From IMG/VR virus record IMGVR_UViG_3300024275_000007: a stretch of DNA of 64,000 nt, one strand, 5' to 3'. The position numbers and the translations under genes are program-made. The notes beneath the pieces are model-generated. The model made no database searches, was not told where the DNA came from, and worked only from the letters and a program-made list of their open reading frames with translations. Source of the stretch: a virus. Numbering within the stretch: position 1 is the first letter of the stretch; every line of letters begins with the position of its first letter. Of this stretch, positions 45,563 to 54,797 are shown in pieces.

Positions 45563-45793
45563 ATGGATCCCTGTGGTATCTATTACTGTGAAAAGAGGCA
45601 CGCCTTGGAAATCGAGCTAGAAGCCAATAAGAACGATGTCGTAGACCTCCTCAAGGAAGTCTATGCCCTTCGCAGTGAGAACTCGGTTATTAGACCGAAG
45701 CTCTTCGAACTCCAACATAAGCTTGCCCAACTTGAACACGATAATGCCATGCTCAGACTCGAACTAACAAAGTATCCCCCATGCTCCAAGTAG
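45563..45793 (+). CDS. coiled-coil small protein
   Basis: CxxxxC start and long heptad helix. Confidence 0.7.
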   Translation: MDPCGIYYCEKRHALEIELEANKNDVVDLLKEVYALRSENSVIRPKLFELQHKLAQLEHDNAMLRLELTKYPPCSK

Positions 45794-46215
45794 GCTTCTA
45801 TAAACACGGACTAGACTTCTTCGACAGAGCCATTCGGCTATGGACCTGGAGTAAGTATTCGCATTGCGAGCTGCGGTTCAGTGATGGCTGGAGCTATTCG
45901 TCGTTCCCCGATATTGGGACATCTTTCTTTAAGCATAGCTGTGAAGATCCCTGGCATTGGGACTACATAGACGTCTTAGAGAATAAGCCCCTAGAACAGA
46001 AAGTACGAGCCTTCTGCGATGCTGAAGCCGGTCTTAAGTATGACTGGAAAGGTATTGTTTTATCGCAGGTTCTTGGCCTAAATCGTAGTGCCCCAAATGA
46101 GTGGTTCTGCTCCGAAGTATGTACCGCAGCCTTGCAGCAGATTGGCTTGTTCAGTAGAGTTGTGCCACACAAAGTAAGCCCTAAGGGGTTATATCAGTTG
46201 GTATCAAAGCGTTAG
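45781..46215 (+). CDS. permuted papain-like (NlpC/P60, YiiX/YaeF-type) amidase
   Basis: SKYSHCE (His), KYD..G, WFCSE (Cys) in circularly permuted order. Confidence 0.82.
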   Translation: MLQVGFYKHGLDFFDRAIRLWTWSKYSHCELRFSDGWSYSSFPDIGTSFFKHSCEDPWHWDYIDVLENKPLEQKVRAFCDAEAGLKYDWKGIVLSQVLGLNRSAPNEWFCSEVCTAALQQIGLFSRVVPHKVSPKGLYQLVSKR

Positions 46216-46268
46216 AGATAGCTTTGCTTCATCAGTTGCTTTCCAGTAAACTACTAGGAGAGGCAACC

Positions 46269-46442
46269 ATGAAAACCATCGTACTCGAAATCAACGAAAC
46301 TGAACTGGGCTGCGAGCACAATACGACGTCGTTACGGATAGATGGTCAGAAATGTGAGATCTATTGCCGTAGCTGTGGTGACATCGTACAGACCTTCATT
46401 GAGTCACGCTGCGAGAACAATCCGCACTACGAACATGGTTAA
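46269..46442 (+). CDS. small Zn-ribbon protein
   Basis: AGGAGAGG RBS; CEH...CRSCG. Confidence 0.7.
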   Translation: MKTIVLEINETELGCEHNTTSLRIDGQKCEIYCRSCGDIVQTFIESRCENNPHYEHG

Positions 46443-46491
46443 GCCCCAGGGGGCTGGACTGATAAGTCCAGTGGGGTAATATACTAGCATA

Positions 46492-47484
46492 ATGCTAGAT
46501 GAGTTAGTCACTATAGTGGAAGCCATTAAAGGCTATTCACCGGTTGCCCTCTTACTTATCCTTATCGTGGTGGTCATCTTTAGATGGTTCGCCAGTAAAG
46601 ACAAGGAAACTGAAGCCCAGGCTGAGAAACACTTAGCCCAGCAGATCGATACTGCTGTGTCGAATACCGTTGCACTTCAAGCAGTTGTGAGTAAAAGTGT
46701 AGAAGGACAAAAGAACATGATAGGGGTATTGTCTAGTTTATCCGAGGCTAATGACATCCGGTTCGCCCAGGAAGTCTCAGTACTCCAACAGATACATCGC
46801 CAACTTGTTACATTGAATGCAGTTACAGCGAGTGCTGTTAGCCCGGCCAACGCCAAGGTGATCATAGAGCAGAACTGGAATTGGTGCCGTGACGAAACCG
46901 CTAGAGTCATCACTGGTTCCATAAGGAATAACCACTTCAAAGGTAATGAGGAACGTGTTGCCCGTAGTGTCTACAAAGCCCTCCTCAAAGCTTGCACCGA
47001 CTCAATGGCTGGGATCACGAAGATCGAGGGTATCAAGTATCCGTATCACCACTTGTTCACGCATCACATCAAACTGATCTGGGAGATGCTCTGGGATTGG
47101 TCACTACCGGTATACCATGGTTCCCATGATGCCCAGTTAGATGCTAGCTTAAAAGACCTAACTGAGCGTATCGTAGCGATCTTCGACCAAGTCCTCATTT
47201 TGCACATAGAGATCGTAGAAGATATTGACAGTGGTCTATACTACGATGAGACCCAGAGCACCCGCCAAACGGCTATAGCATCCGATCTAACTATTCCAGC
47301 TAAGATGGCGCACAAGCTCATAGAGTTCACTCCCGACACTGGTGCCACATCGGGAATACGTCTACGTCTTACTACGGACTACATCAAGCAGCGGCTCATC
47401 GGTAACTTCCAAGAAGACCTCGCTAAGCAGGAATTCAAGCCCTACCAGAGGACCAAGAGTTCCGCAGAAATCCGTGTTCAATGA
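46492..47484 (+). CDS. membrane-anchored protein (possibly lysis-related)
   Basis: TM helix PVALLLILIVVVIFRWF, then a coiled coil and a soluble domain. Confidence 0.75.
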   Translation: MLDELVTIVEAIKGYSPVALLLILIVVVIFRWFASKDKETEAQAEKHLAQQIDTAVSNTVALQAVVSKSVEGQKNMIGVLSSLSEANDIRFAQEVSVLQQIHRQLVTLNAVTASAVSPANAKVIIEQNWNWCRDETARVITGSIRNNHFKGNEERVARSVYKALLKACTDSMAGITKIEGIKYPYHHLFTHHIKLIWEMLWDWSLPVYHGSHDAQLDASLKDLTERIVAIFDQVLILHIEIVEDIDSGLYYDETQSTRQTAIASDLTIPAKMAHKLIEFTPDTGATSGIRLRLTTDYIKQRLIGNFQEDLAKQEFKPYQRTKSSAEIRVQ

Positions 47485-48059
47485 CCATCGATTATCTGAA
47501 GATCCTCGGTCTAGGGGTGATTGCCTTCCTAGCTTTCACTGTGTATACTCATGGTAAGCAACCCGTAAGCGATATCCGTGGACTCACTCCAGTACATCAG
47601 AACCGGCCGAACCTCAACTGGTGGAAGGCTCCAGGCGATTCGGAAGGCACCTTCGAAGCTAAAGACAACGCTGGCAAGCATCTTGCTAGCTTTGCTACTG
47701 ATCGCAGTGGGGTCCTGTACCCCGAGGACGGACAGTCAAACATCCAACTTACCTATACCCCAAATTACTACGGCGGTAGAACAGTACTCGACCTCGGCGG
47801 CTGGGCCGGCTTTGCCCCGGGCTACAAAGAGCATCCAGCCCAAATCGGCCTCAGAGTCAGCCCCGTTAGACTCATCGAATCTGTCGCCCCCGAAATCGTC
47901 GTCTCCCACGACCTCATCGGTGTCGGTGCCACCTACTACTTCTCCAGAAACCTCGTCGGCCCCTCGTGGTCCAAAGTGGGATTGGGTTTCGATTACTGTG
48001 CTAGCTTTGACGGCACTTTCCGTGGTCCTGTATTTACGGTTGCAACATCAACCTTCTGA
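47481..48059 (+). CDS. exported or membrane-anchored protein with beta-strand-rich C-terminus
   Basis: N-terminal hydrophobic helix; IGVGATYYF and VGLGFDY strands; terminal Phe. Confidence 0.72.
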   Translation: MTIDYLKILGLGVIAFLAFTVYTHGKQPVSDIRGLTPVHQNRPNLNWWKAPGDSEGTFEAKDNAGKHLASFATDRSGVLYPEDGQSNIQLTYTPNYYGGRTVLDLGGWAGFAPGYKEHPAQIGLRVSPVRLIESVAPEIVVSHDLIGVGATYYFSRNLVGPSWSKVGLGFDYCASFDGTFRGPVFTVATSTF

Positions 48060-48069
48060 AGGAAATACT

Positions 48070-48426
48070 ATGTTTCAGTGGATCAAGAACCAAGCTCTTC
48101 GAATCAAGGGCATCTTCGTTAAAGACGCCGCTAAGGCGACTGACCCCATTGAGCATGGTGTCCTAGATAATCCCACGCTATGGGTTGTACTGGGCTTTGC
48201 CGGTCTCCTGGTCTGGTTAGGCCATGGCATCCTCACTGAGGCTAACTTTGATAGGTTGTACCACTTAGCTGTGATCTACATCGTTGGTCACATAGTCCTC
48301 AAGCTGGCCCAGATGATTATCAATGGACTCATTAAGATGAAGCTCATCGATAAGAGCTTTGACGATAAGGAGCTGGATCCCGAAGAGACCCAAGCCATTA
48401 ATGCCATCACGATCAGCGACAAGTAG
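48070..48426 (+). CDS. holin-like two-TM protein (true start 48070, not 47578)
   Basis: AAGGA RBS; LWVVLGFAGLLVWLG and LAVIYIVGHIVLKLAQMII helices; charged C-terminal tail. Confidence 0.65.
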   Translation: MFQWIKNQALRIKGIFVKDAAKATDPIEHGVLDNPTLWVVLGFAGLLVWLGHGILTEANFDRLYHLAVIYIVGHIVLKLAQMIINGLIKMKLIDKSFDDKELDPEETQAINAITISDK

Positions 48427-48468
48427 TTGGCTGACTTGACTTAACGTTTGCGCGGACACAATGCCGGC

Positions 48469-49011
48469 ATGCTAGAGTTGCCAGATCGGGCTTGTCTACA
48501 TTGTGGTAATCCTATTAAATTGATATGTAACAGGGACTTAGATCGTAAGAAGTACTGTTCGCATCGTTGTCGTATGTTGCATAGATACAAGCAAGCCCCT
48601 TGGGATATGCGACCTGTAATTGAGAAAAGTCACGGTACTGATAAACGTCCAGTAAAATCCAAGGTCTGTCCTTGCTGTGAAAACGAGTACTTGCCGATAA
48701 CTGGTAATCAACATTGGTGTCTAACCTGTGTCCCTGATAAGCGAGCCAGAAACGTGCTAGATAGATATGGTATCACTTATCCCGAATTCATGATTCTTCT
48801 TGCTAAGCAGGATGGCAAATGCGCTATATGTCAAGGAGAGATAGATCGAGATACAGCTAATATAGATCATGACCATGCGTGCTGTTCGGGCTCTAAAACG
48901 TGCGGTAGTTGCACCAGAGGCTTGCTATGCAATAGGTGCAACGTAGGATTACATTATGTCGAAAAGAAGGGCTGGCTCGACAATGCTAGCTCATACCTTA
49001 ACAGGAGTTAA
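48469..49011 (+). CDS. Endonuclease VII (HNH-like) family protein with Zn fingers
   Basis: YGIT..EF..LL.KQ.GKCAIC, IDHDH, RGLLC.RCN.GL. Confidence 0.88.
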   Translation: MLELPDRACLHCGNPIKLICNRDLDRKKYCSHRCRMLHRYKQAPWDMRPVIEKSHGTDKRPVKSKVCPCCENEYLPITGNQHWCLTCVPDKRARNVLDRYGITYPEFMILLAKQDGKCAICQGEIDRDTANIDHDHACCSGSKTCGSCTRGLLCNRCNVGLHYVEKKGWLDNASSYLNRS

Positions 49012-49013
49012 CA

Positions 49014-49652
49014 GTGCCCTTTGCTAGCCAAGCTCAACGCAGATATTTGTTCGCCAAGGAACCTGAGGTTGCCAAGGAATTCGCTGCTGCTACCCCTAAG
49101 GGCAAGAAGCTGCCGGAACACGTTAAAAAGAAAGAAGCCTCAGCCATGCTCAAAGAGATACTCGCCAGGAATACGAAGACCGCTGAGTTAGACTCCCCGG
49201 CCAAAGAGCCAGGTGATTCAGCTCTGAAGAGCGGCAAGATCCCCGTTGAAGGTCGGGAGATCGAGGACAAGAAGGCTAAGAAGCCCAAGGGCGAAGATAA
49301 GATGAAGCCGCCTGGTCCCACGAAGCCACCTGAGGGCATGAGCACTGATGGTCTCAAGACCGCTAAGGTTCTAGCTAAGGCAGCTGCTGAGATGACCCCA
49401 GAACAGCGGGACTACGTGATGTTCGGCAAGAAGCCAACCACGTCGGTTCAGCCAACAACTGCTCCTCCGGCCCCAGCTGCCCCAGTGGCTGCTCCAGCTC
49501 CTAAGGCCGTTACCCCGGCACCAGCGCCAGCACCCGCACCAGCCGCAGGTAATAAGTCAGCAAATGACTATGTGCTCTTCGGTGGTAAGAAAGTAGCTGC
49601 CGCCCCAGGGCACCTATTGGCCGCAGTACTTATTCGTAATCAAGAGGCCTAA
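49014..49652 (+). CDS. putative internal virion protein
   Basis: MPFASQAQRRYLFAKEPEVAKEFA..TPKGKKLPE.V N-terminus; KTAE motif; Pro/Ala linker. Confidence 0.75.
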   Translation: MPFASQAQRRYLFAKEPEVAKEFAAATPKGKKLPEHVKKKEASAMLKEILARNTKTAELDSPAKEPGDSALKSGKIPVEGREIEDKKAKKPKGEDKMKPPGPTKPPEGMSTDGLKTAKVLAKAAAEMTPEQRDYVMFGKKPTTSVQPTTAPPAPAAPVAAPAPKAVTPAPAPAPAPAAGNKSANDYVLFGGKKVAAAPGHLLAAVLIRNQEA

Positions 49653-49653
49653 G

Positions 49654-50244
49654 ATGTCCAGTGACGGGACTAAAGTAGCATCGGAGCCAGGAGCGTTTGC
49701 AGCGCCTGAGCAGGCCAATGAGGACTATGCCGCAAAGCATCAGGATCCTTCGTTGCAGCGCTATGTAACCAATCATCCCGGTCAAGCCGCTGGCGTAGCT
49801 GCTGGTATTGGTACAGCAGGCTTACTAGCTGGCGTGTTACTGAATAAGCTCCGTAACAAAAAGTCTAAGGTCGCCGCTGAACTACAGATGGACAAGATCA
49901 AGGAACTCGATCAGAAAGCTACCCCATTGGCTCCCGTAGCCATTGAAGGCATTAAGCGTTTAGCTGCACCGATACCGGCACTCGTTGATGCCTATCGTTT
50001 GCTCAAGAAGACTTCTTCGGCTAGAGAGATCCTCGCAGGCGTTCTGCTACTCAATAAGACGGCTGATGTTCCACCTGAGCTTCTTGCTGGTGGTATCGGC
50101 GCTCTTGGCGGTGGGGCATTAGGGGCTATAAATGCTCAGCCCGACAGTGAGGGTAAAGTTAATCGTTGGAAGAGTGCATTGCTCTCCGCGCTGTTATCAG
50201 GCGGTTTGTCAGCTGGCCTAACACATATGATGAATCGGCGGTAA
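49654..50244 (+). CDS. glycine-zipper protein, putative internal virion/ejection protein
   Basis: AAGVAAGIGTAGLLAGVLL followed by KLRNKK; KVASE, KVAAE and KTAD motifs. Confidence 0.75.
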   Translation: MSSDGTKVASEPGAFAAPEQANEDYAAKHQDPSLQRYVTNHPGQAAGVAAGIGTAGLLAGVLLNKLRNKKSKVAAELQMDKIKELDQKATPLAPVAIEGIKRLAAPIPALVDAYRLLKKTSSAREILAGVLLLNKTADVPPELLAGGIGALGGGALGAINAQPDSEGKVNRWKSALLSALLSGGLSAGLTHMMNRR

Positions 50245-50247
50245 GCC

Positions 50248-50544
50248 GTGCGTAAAACAGCTCAACTACTGGCTGCGGTTCTTCTGAGGAACCTTCAGAA
50301 GAAGGCCCAAGAGCTGCCTATGGGTGGCATGGGTTTTATGACGAACCAATTGGCGACGCAGACCGATGCAACCAATGGTACCTCCATTTTGGGTAACGTC
50401 ACAAAGACGCCGACTCAGGTCCAGATCCCTAATGGTGAACTCGGCAACTTAGCCATGAATCCTCCACAGACCACGACTGACTCACTTCGCAAGGCTTATA
50501 ACAGCAATAAGCCAGCAGCACCAACCCCGAATCCGTATGGTTGA
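50248..50544 (+). CDS. putative internal virion protein
   Basis: KTAQLLAAVLLRNLQKKAQE. Confidence 0.7.
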   Translation: MRKTAQLLAAVLLRNLQKKAQELPMGGMGFMTNQLATQTDATNGTSILGNVTKTPTQVQIPNGELGNLAMNPPQTTTDSLRKAYNSNKPAAPTPNPYG

Positions 50545-53207
50545 TCATGGCAAACTGGTTAAGGCCTCTAGCGCCGGTCACCAATAACATCAAGGATGTT
50601 TACTCGGTCCTTCCCCGAAAGGAGCCAGAGGATTTCAGTGGTCGCGTAGCGGATAACGTATTTGCTCAAGAAGAGCTGGAACGTCAGAAAAAAGAAGAGA
50701 AGCAAAGCCTGTGGAGCAGAGCACTGAAGAGTGCCCTCACCGGTGGTGCTTTCGGTGCCGGTGTAGCAGCTACTAAAGTCATTCCGATTACTCACCGTCT
50801 CTGGAATCCCGAAGCCGCTATCGTAGGTGGCACCCTAGCCGGTGGTGCTAGTTTAGCCTTTACGCTGGCTCGGCATTACCTCAAAGAACGCATTGCCAAT
50901 GAAGCCCAGAAGACCATTGAACAGTCTGACCCAGCAGTTAAGTACGTAGCTGATAGTCCTAGGACCCGAGAGGAAGCCCATAACTGGCAAGAGGCTCAAT
51001 GGGCTCCTGGCTCTGGCGCCGAAACCGGTGCTCTCGTTGGTGGCTTAGGCACTCTTGGCGCACTTTGGGCTGCTGGTAAGAACCCGACTGGTGTCGGTTC
51101 TACCGTAGCTGGCCTAGCTGGTGCCGGCGGGGGAGCTTTACTTGGCTTAGCGCTGGGGAAGATGTATAAAGCTCGTAAGCAGAAAGACTTCTTGGCACAC
51201 ACCGAACAGGCGCTTCAACATATGCGATCACCCCATGCACAGGAAGCCGTCACCGAGGCGGAAGTCGAACAGGCTCCATTGCTGAAGGCTGCGTTGTCTA
51301 AAATCGGCCAGGACTTCGATCCCCGGGAATATGCCATCAAGAACTTCTTGTACAAAGATCTCATGGATAAGCAGCAGACTGCTGGGAATATGGCAGCTGA
51401 TGTTCAACGGATTAATGAGCGTCACAACGACAGCTACCAAGGGCCAATCACAGCAGAGGAACGCGTTAATCTGACGCACAACCATAACATGTTGGTCAAC
51501 GCTCAAGGGCAGGCTAATACTCTACGACAGGCCTACGCAGATCTCGACAAGCCTAAGCCCGGCGCAACTGGACCACAACAGGCCGCACAACCACCGATGA
51601 GCCCCGTAGCTGTGCCTGAAACGCGGATTGCGGCTACTCCACCTCCAGCAGCACCAATGACTCCTCCGGTGGCTCCATCACCGGCTCCGCCGCCAATCGC
51701 TGGTCCAGCTAGTAAGCCTATAGTTGTACCGCATCCAGCTTCGACGTCGCCAGTAACCACGCCGCCCGAAAAGATGCCATGGGCCGGTGAGTCCCTGAGC
51801 ACTCCATCTCCAGACGGTTCTAAGCTAGCCGTTGACTGTGATCACAGGTATCCCTATGTGTCAACGAATGCTCCACTTCTCAAAGGCATGGGTGGTCCTC
51901 CGGAGCGCTATGCCGCCACTTCTCGTGGTGCAGTCCAGGTTAAGGCCCTTCCATACGTGAACTCTATATTCAAGCAATCCTCGGATGCACTGCATAGCAT
52001 GTTAGAGGACAATGAGTTACGTAGTCTCTGTGATGCCATAGAGAAGCTAGCCCTTGGCAGTGAAGAGGAAGACGTTGCCCAAGGGGCTGATGATCCGGCG
52101 CCACCAGGCGAGAAGATGAACGGCAAAGTCGTCACCCCATCACCGTTCCCTGACACCTATAGAAATCCCCCGAAGGCCTCTTTGGACCCCAAAGTCGAGA
52201 GCGCCAAGGGTGACATCGGTAATAACCTCAATCAGGATGTACAAAGTCTTTCTGGGCCACCTTCTCAAGCTGCGGGTGTCCAAGTCAATCCCACAGAGAA
52301 AGTGGCTGCAAAGAAGAAGAAAGAGGAAACAAAGGACGGTAAGCGTCTCCGTGCCCGCGCTGAAGTTATCTGCCATGACGGCCAAGGGGTCTTAGCCATT
52401 AAGAAGGATGGCTATCTCCTGATGCCCGGTGGTGGTATCGATGAAGGCGAAGACGATAGAGCAGCCGTTGTCCGTGAAGCCATTGAGGAAGCTGACCAGA
52501 AGCTGATGGATGTCACCACTGATGGTGTCATAGATGCACTCTATGATCCCAAGCATCCCATCGTTCCAGGCTTTGACGGGGAGCGTACAACGTTCTACAG
52601 TGCTGTTGACGGCGGCAAGATTGGTGCTAAGCACAAAGACAATGAGCCCTTCAAGTTCATACCGTTCAAGGAAGCCATTGCATTCCTAGCCGACTGCATT
52701 GCTGATCCCAAGAACCAGTGGGCCATCCAGGCAAACGTCAAGCGCATGGAACTCATCGCTAGAGCCAGCGGTGTCGATAGCTTCGTCAGTGGCGCCGAAA
52801 TCATCAAAGAAGCTGACGTCGCCTCACTGCTGCCTAAAAATGAAGTCCTGATGTTCAGCCCCGAGGGCAAGTTAGCTGTTAAGCGGACAGCTCATCGACG
52901 CTTCGAACTGCCCAGTGGTATTGAAGGTGCTAGAGCTGTACCCTATGAGAATCCTGTTTCCATCATACCTGAAACAGGTGTGCCTGACCCCGGCGTCCAT
53001 GGTTACCGCATAGGCCTACAACATGCCGAAGGCGCTGCCCCTGAGGGCTTCGAAGAAGTTGATCCCCAGCATGCACTCAATGAGTTGTATGCCGCCATGG
53101 GCAAGCCGGAGAATAAGCTGTACCAGAACCTTGACAGAGCACGAGCCAGGGCTATTCTGCGCTTAGTCAAGAAACGGCAAAATGTACAAGCTCCTCAAGT
53201 CGTATAA
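50541..53207 (+). CDS. multidomain protein: glycine zippers, Pro-rich linker, Nudix hydrolase and a degenerate second Nudix
   Basis: PGGGIDEGEDDRAAVVREAIEEAD fits the Nudix box GX5EX7REUXEE; FELPSG later marks a second Nudix-like fold. Confidence 0.8.
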   Translation: MIMANWLRPLAPVTNNIKDVYSVLPRKEPEDFSGRVADNVFAQEELERQKKEEKQSLWSRALKSALTGGAFGAGVAATKVIPITHRLWNPEAAIVGGTLAGGASLAFTLARHYLKERIANEAQKTIEQSDPAVKYVADSPRTREEAHNWQEAQWAPGSGAETGALVGGLGTLGALWAAGKNPTGVGSTVAGLAGAGGGALLGLALGKMYKARKQKDFLAHTEQALQHMRSPHAQEAVTEAEVEQAPLLKAALSKIGQDFDPREYAIKNFLYKDLMDKQQTAGNMAADVQRINERHNDSYQGPITAEERVNLTHNHNMLVNAQGQANTLRQAYADLDKPKPGATGPQQAAQPPMSPVAVPETRIAATPPPAAPMTPPVAPSPAPPPIAGPASKPIVVPHPASTSPVTTPPEKMPWAGESLSTPSPDGSKLAVDCDHRYPYVSTNAPLLKGMGGPPERYAATSRGAVQVKALPYVNSIFKQSSDALHSMLEDNELRSLCDAIEKLALGSEEEDVAQGADDPAPPGEKMNGKVVTPSPFPDTYRNPPKASLDPKVESAKGDIGNNLNQDVQSLSGPPSQAAGVQVNPTEKVAAKKKKEETKDGKRLRARAEVICHDGQGVLAIKKDGYLLMPGGGIDEGEDDRAAVVREAIEEADQKLMDVTTDGVIDALYDPKHPIVPGFDGERTTFYSAVDGGKIGAKHKDNEPFKFIPFKEAIAFLADCIADPKNQWAIQANVKRMELIARASGVDSFVSGAEIIKEADVASLLPKNEVLMFSPEGKLAVKRTAHRRFELPSGIEGARAVPYENPVSIIPETGVPDPGVHGYRIGLQHAEGAAPEGFEEVDPQHALNELYAAMGKPENKLYQNLDRARARAILRLVKKRQNVQAPQVV

Positions 53208-54003
53208 AGGGCAGTTCGGTCCTATACATATCATCGAAGACGATGAAAGCCGACGCCTCAGTATAAACAATCAAGTACAGGGCCGGGCCTTTATGAGTCC
53301 TAGTGCGGCTGTAGTTGATGTCACACTTCGTGGCCCCGGGCCAGTAGCTGAGTCAGCATACACCTATGGTTGGCTCCTTGCGGGGGTCCATAAGCCATTT
53401 GGTAGCGGAGTCATGATTGGGCTCGGTTCCGGTATCGGTGCGGTACAGTTGCTGTACAACTTCCCTAAGATTGATTTGACGATCATTGAAATTGATCCCG
53501 TTATGATTGAAGCCGCTTTAGCGTGGTTTCCGTTGTTGCAGCACTACATCGACAAGGGTCGCTTAAACATCATCTGTGGAGACGCCAACCGTGAACTACT
53601 CACTTTGGAGGGCAACTTCGACTATGGATTCTGTGATGCCTATACCGGTGCAAACTACGACTGCGTCAGTGATTACTTCAACTTACTGGCCCTTAAATGT
53701 TCAGCACTGTTTCTGAATATTATCGATACGTCGCAGGGCGCAGTGATCCTGAAGACACTGCGGTACTTCCAGAGCATTGGTTGCCCCATGAAGTATGTCA
53801 TGAAGGCTCAGCTCCCGCAGTCCATGAATTACGATGCGTTCCAAGGCAACTGGATTATGACGTCGGCCCAATTAAGCCTGCCGGACCTCGACTCGTTTAT
53901 ACCCCATTCGGCATTAACGGGCTTAGCTGCGGATTACGGTAGAACAATTTGGAACAACATGATCAGCCAACCCATTGCTATCAATCGGTCTATTGCTATT
54001 TAG
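53182..54003 (+). CDS. spermidine-synthase-like / class I SAM-dependent transferase
   Basis: MIGLGSGIG, IIEIDP.MIEAA, IICGDA, FDY.FCDAY. Confidence 0.82.
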   Translation: MYKLLKSYKGQFGPIHIIEDDESRRLSINNQVQGRAFMSPSAAVVDVTLRGPGPVAESAYTYGWLLAGVHKPFGSGVMIGLGSGIGAVQLLYNFPKIDLTIIEIDPVMIEAALAWFPLLQHYIDKGRLNIICGDANRELLTLEGNFDYGFCDAYTGANYDCVSDYFNLLALKCSALFLNIIDTSQGAVILKTLRYFQSIGCPMKYVMKAQLPQSMNYDAFQGNWIMTSAQLSLPDLDSFIPHSALTGLAADYGRTIWNNMISQPIAINRSIAI

Positions 54004-54026
54004 CATTTATTTAGTAAGGTTCCGGT

Positions 54027-54746
54027 ATGAGTGAAGGCATAACTTATTTGGCGTCGATTCCTACGTTACCCAAGCATCTTCAGGCCGAGCGAATCAAGCA
54101 CGATAATGGCCGCATAGTAATTGATAGAAACTCAACTATTGCCGTAGAGAAAGAATCTATGACCACTGAGAAGCCTCTACAAATGGCTGCTACCGGTGAT
54201 GTCATTACTGCCCCTCCTATTGAGGAACGCCCCGAAGTGACATATGCTTCTCGGCCAGGAGCGTCTGATCCCCTGATGGTGCGTCCCGATGTCGAAGTCG
54301 GTGAACACGGCGTTGGGTCACCTCCGATGACTCGCAGTGTAGCTGAGATCAATGCCAACCAACCCATTGTCGGTGCAGTAGCAGTTAAGCCACAACCAGT
54401 TGCTGCTAAACCAGTTATGCCACCTAGACCGGCTCCGGCCCCAGCTGCTCCGGCTCCAGTAGTACCGGTTGTAGTAGTGAAGCCTAAAATGCGTGTCAAG
54501 CTCAGCAATTCGGGAATGGGTAAAGTAACGGTATCCGTACAAAATGTGGCTATCGGTGATGGCTGTGTTATCCTGGCGTATCCCAGCGATGCCGAAAACA
54601 TCGTTGAACCACCACTGTGCAACGAAGACAATCCGATTCGCGTTGATTTCAACGATAAGCGGTACAACTGCTGCTTCGCCGGCCAGACCGCTGAGCTAGA
54701 AGGGCTCTACCTCGTGATCCTGATCAGGATCGATGATGATAAGTGA
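54027..54746 (+). CDS. hypothetical protein with Pro-rich linker
   Basis: 239 aa; PAPAPAAPAPV linker, beta-rich C-terminal domain. Confidence 0.75.
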   Translation: MSEGITYLASIPTLPKHLQAERIKHDNGRIVIDRNSTIAVEKESMTTEKPLQMAATGDVITAPPIEERPEVTYASRPGASDPLMVRPDVEVGEHGVGSPPMTRSVAEINANQPIVGAVAVKPQPVAAKPVMPPRPAPAPAAPAPVVPVVVVKPKMRVKLSNSGMGKVTVSVQNVAIGDGCVILAYPSDAENIVEPPLCNEDNPIRVDFNDKRYNCCFAGQTAELEGLYLVILIRIDDDK

Positions 54747-54797
54747 AGTTGCTTACCGTAGTTAAACGGCGACAATAAAGAAACAGAAGGGTACCTT

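Noticed and set aside
47578-48069. N-terminal 164 aa of the track ORF 47578..48426
   Set aside because: It is a Ser/Pro-rich off-frame read of 47481..48059; a good RBS and ATG at 48070 define the real gene.
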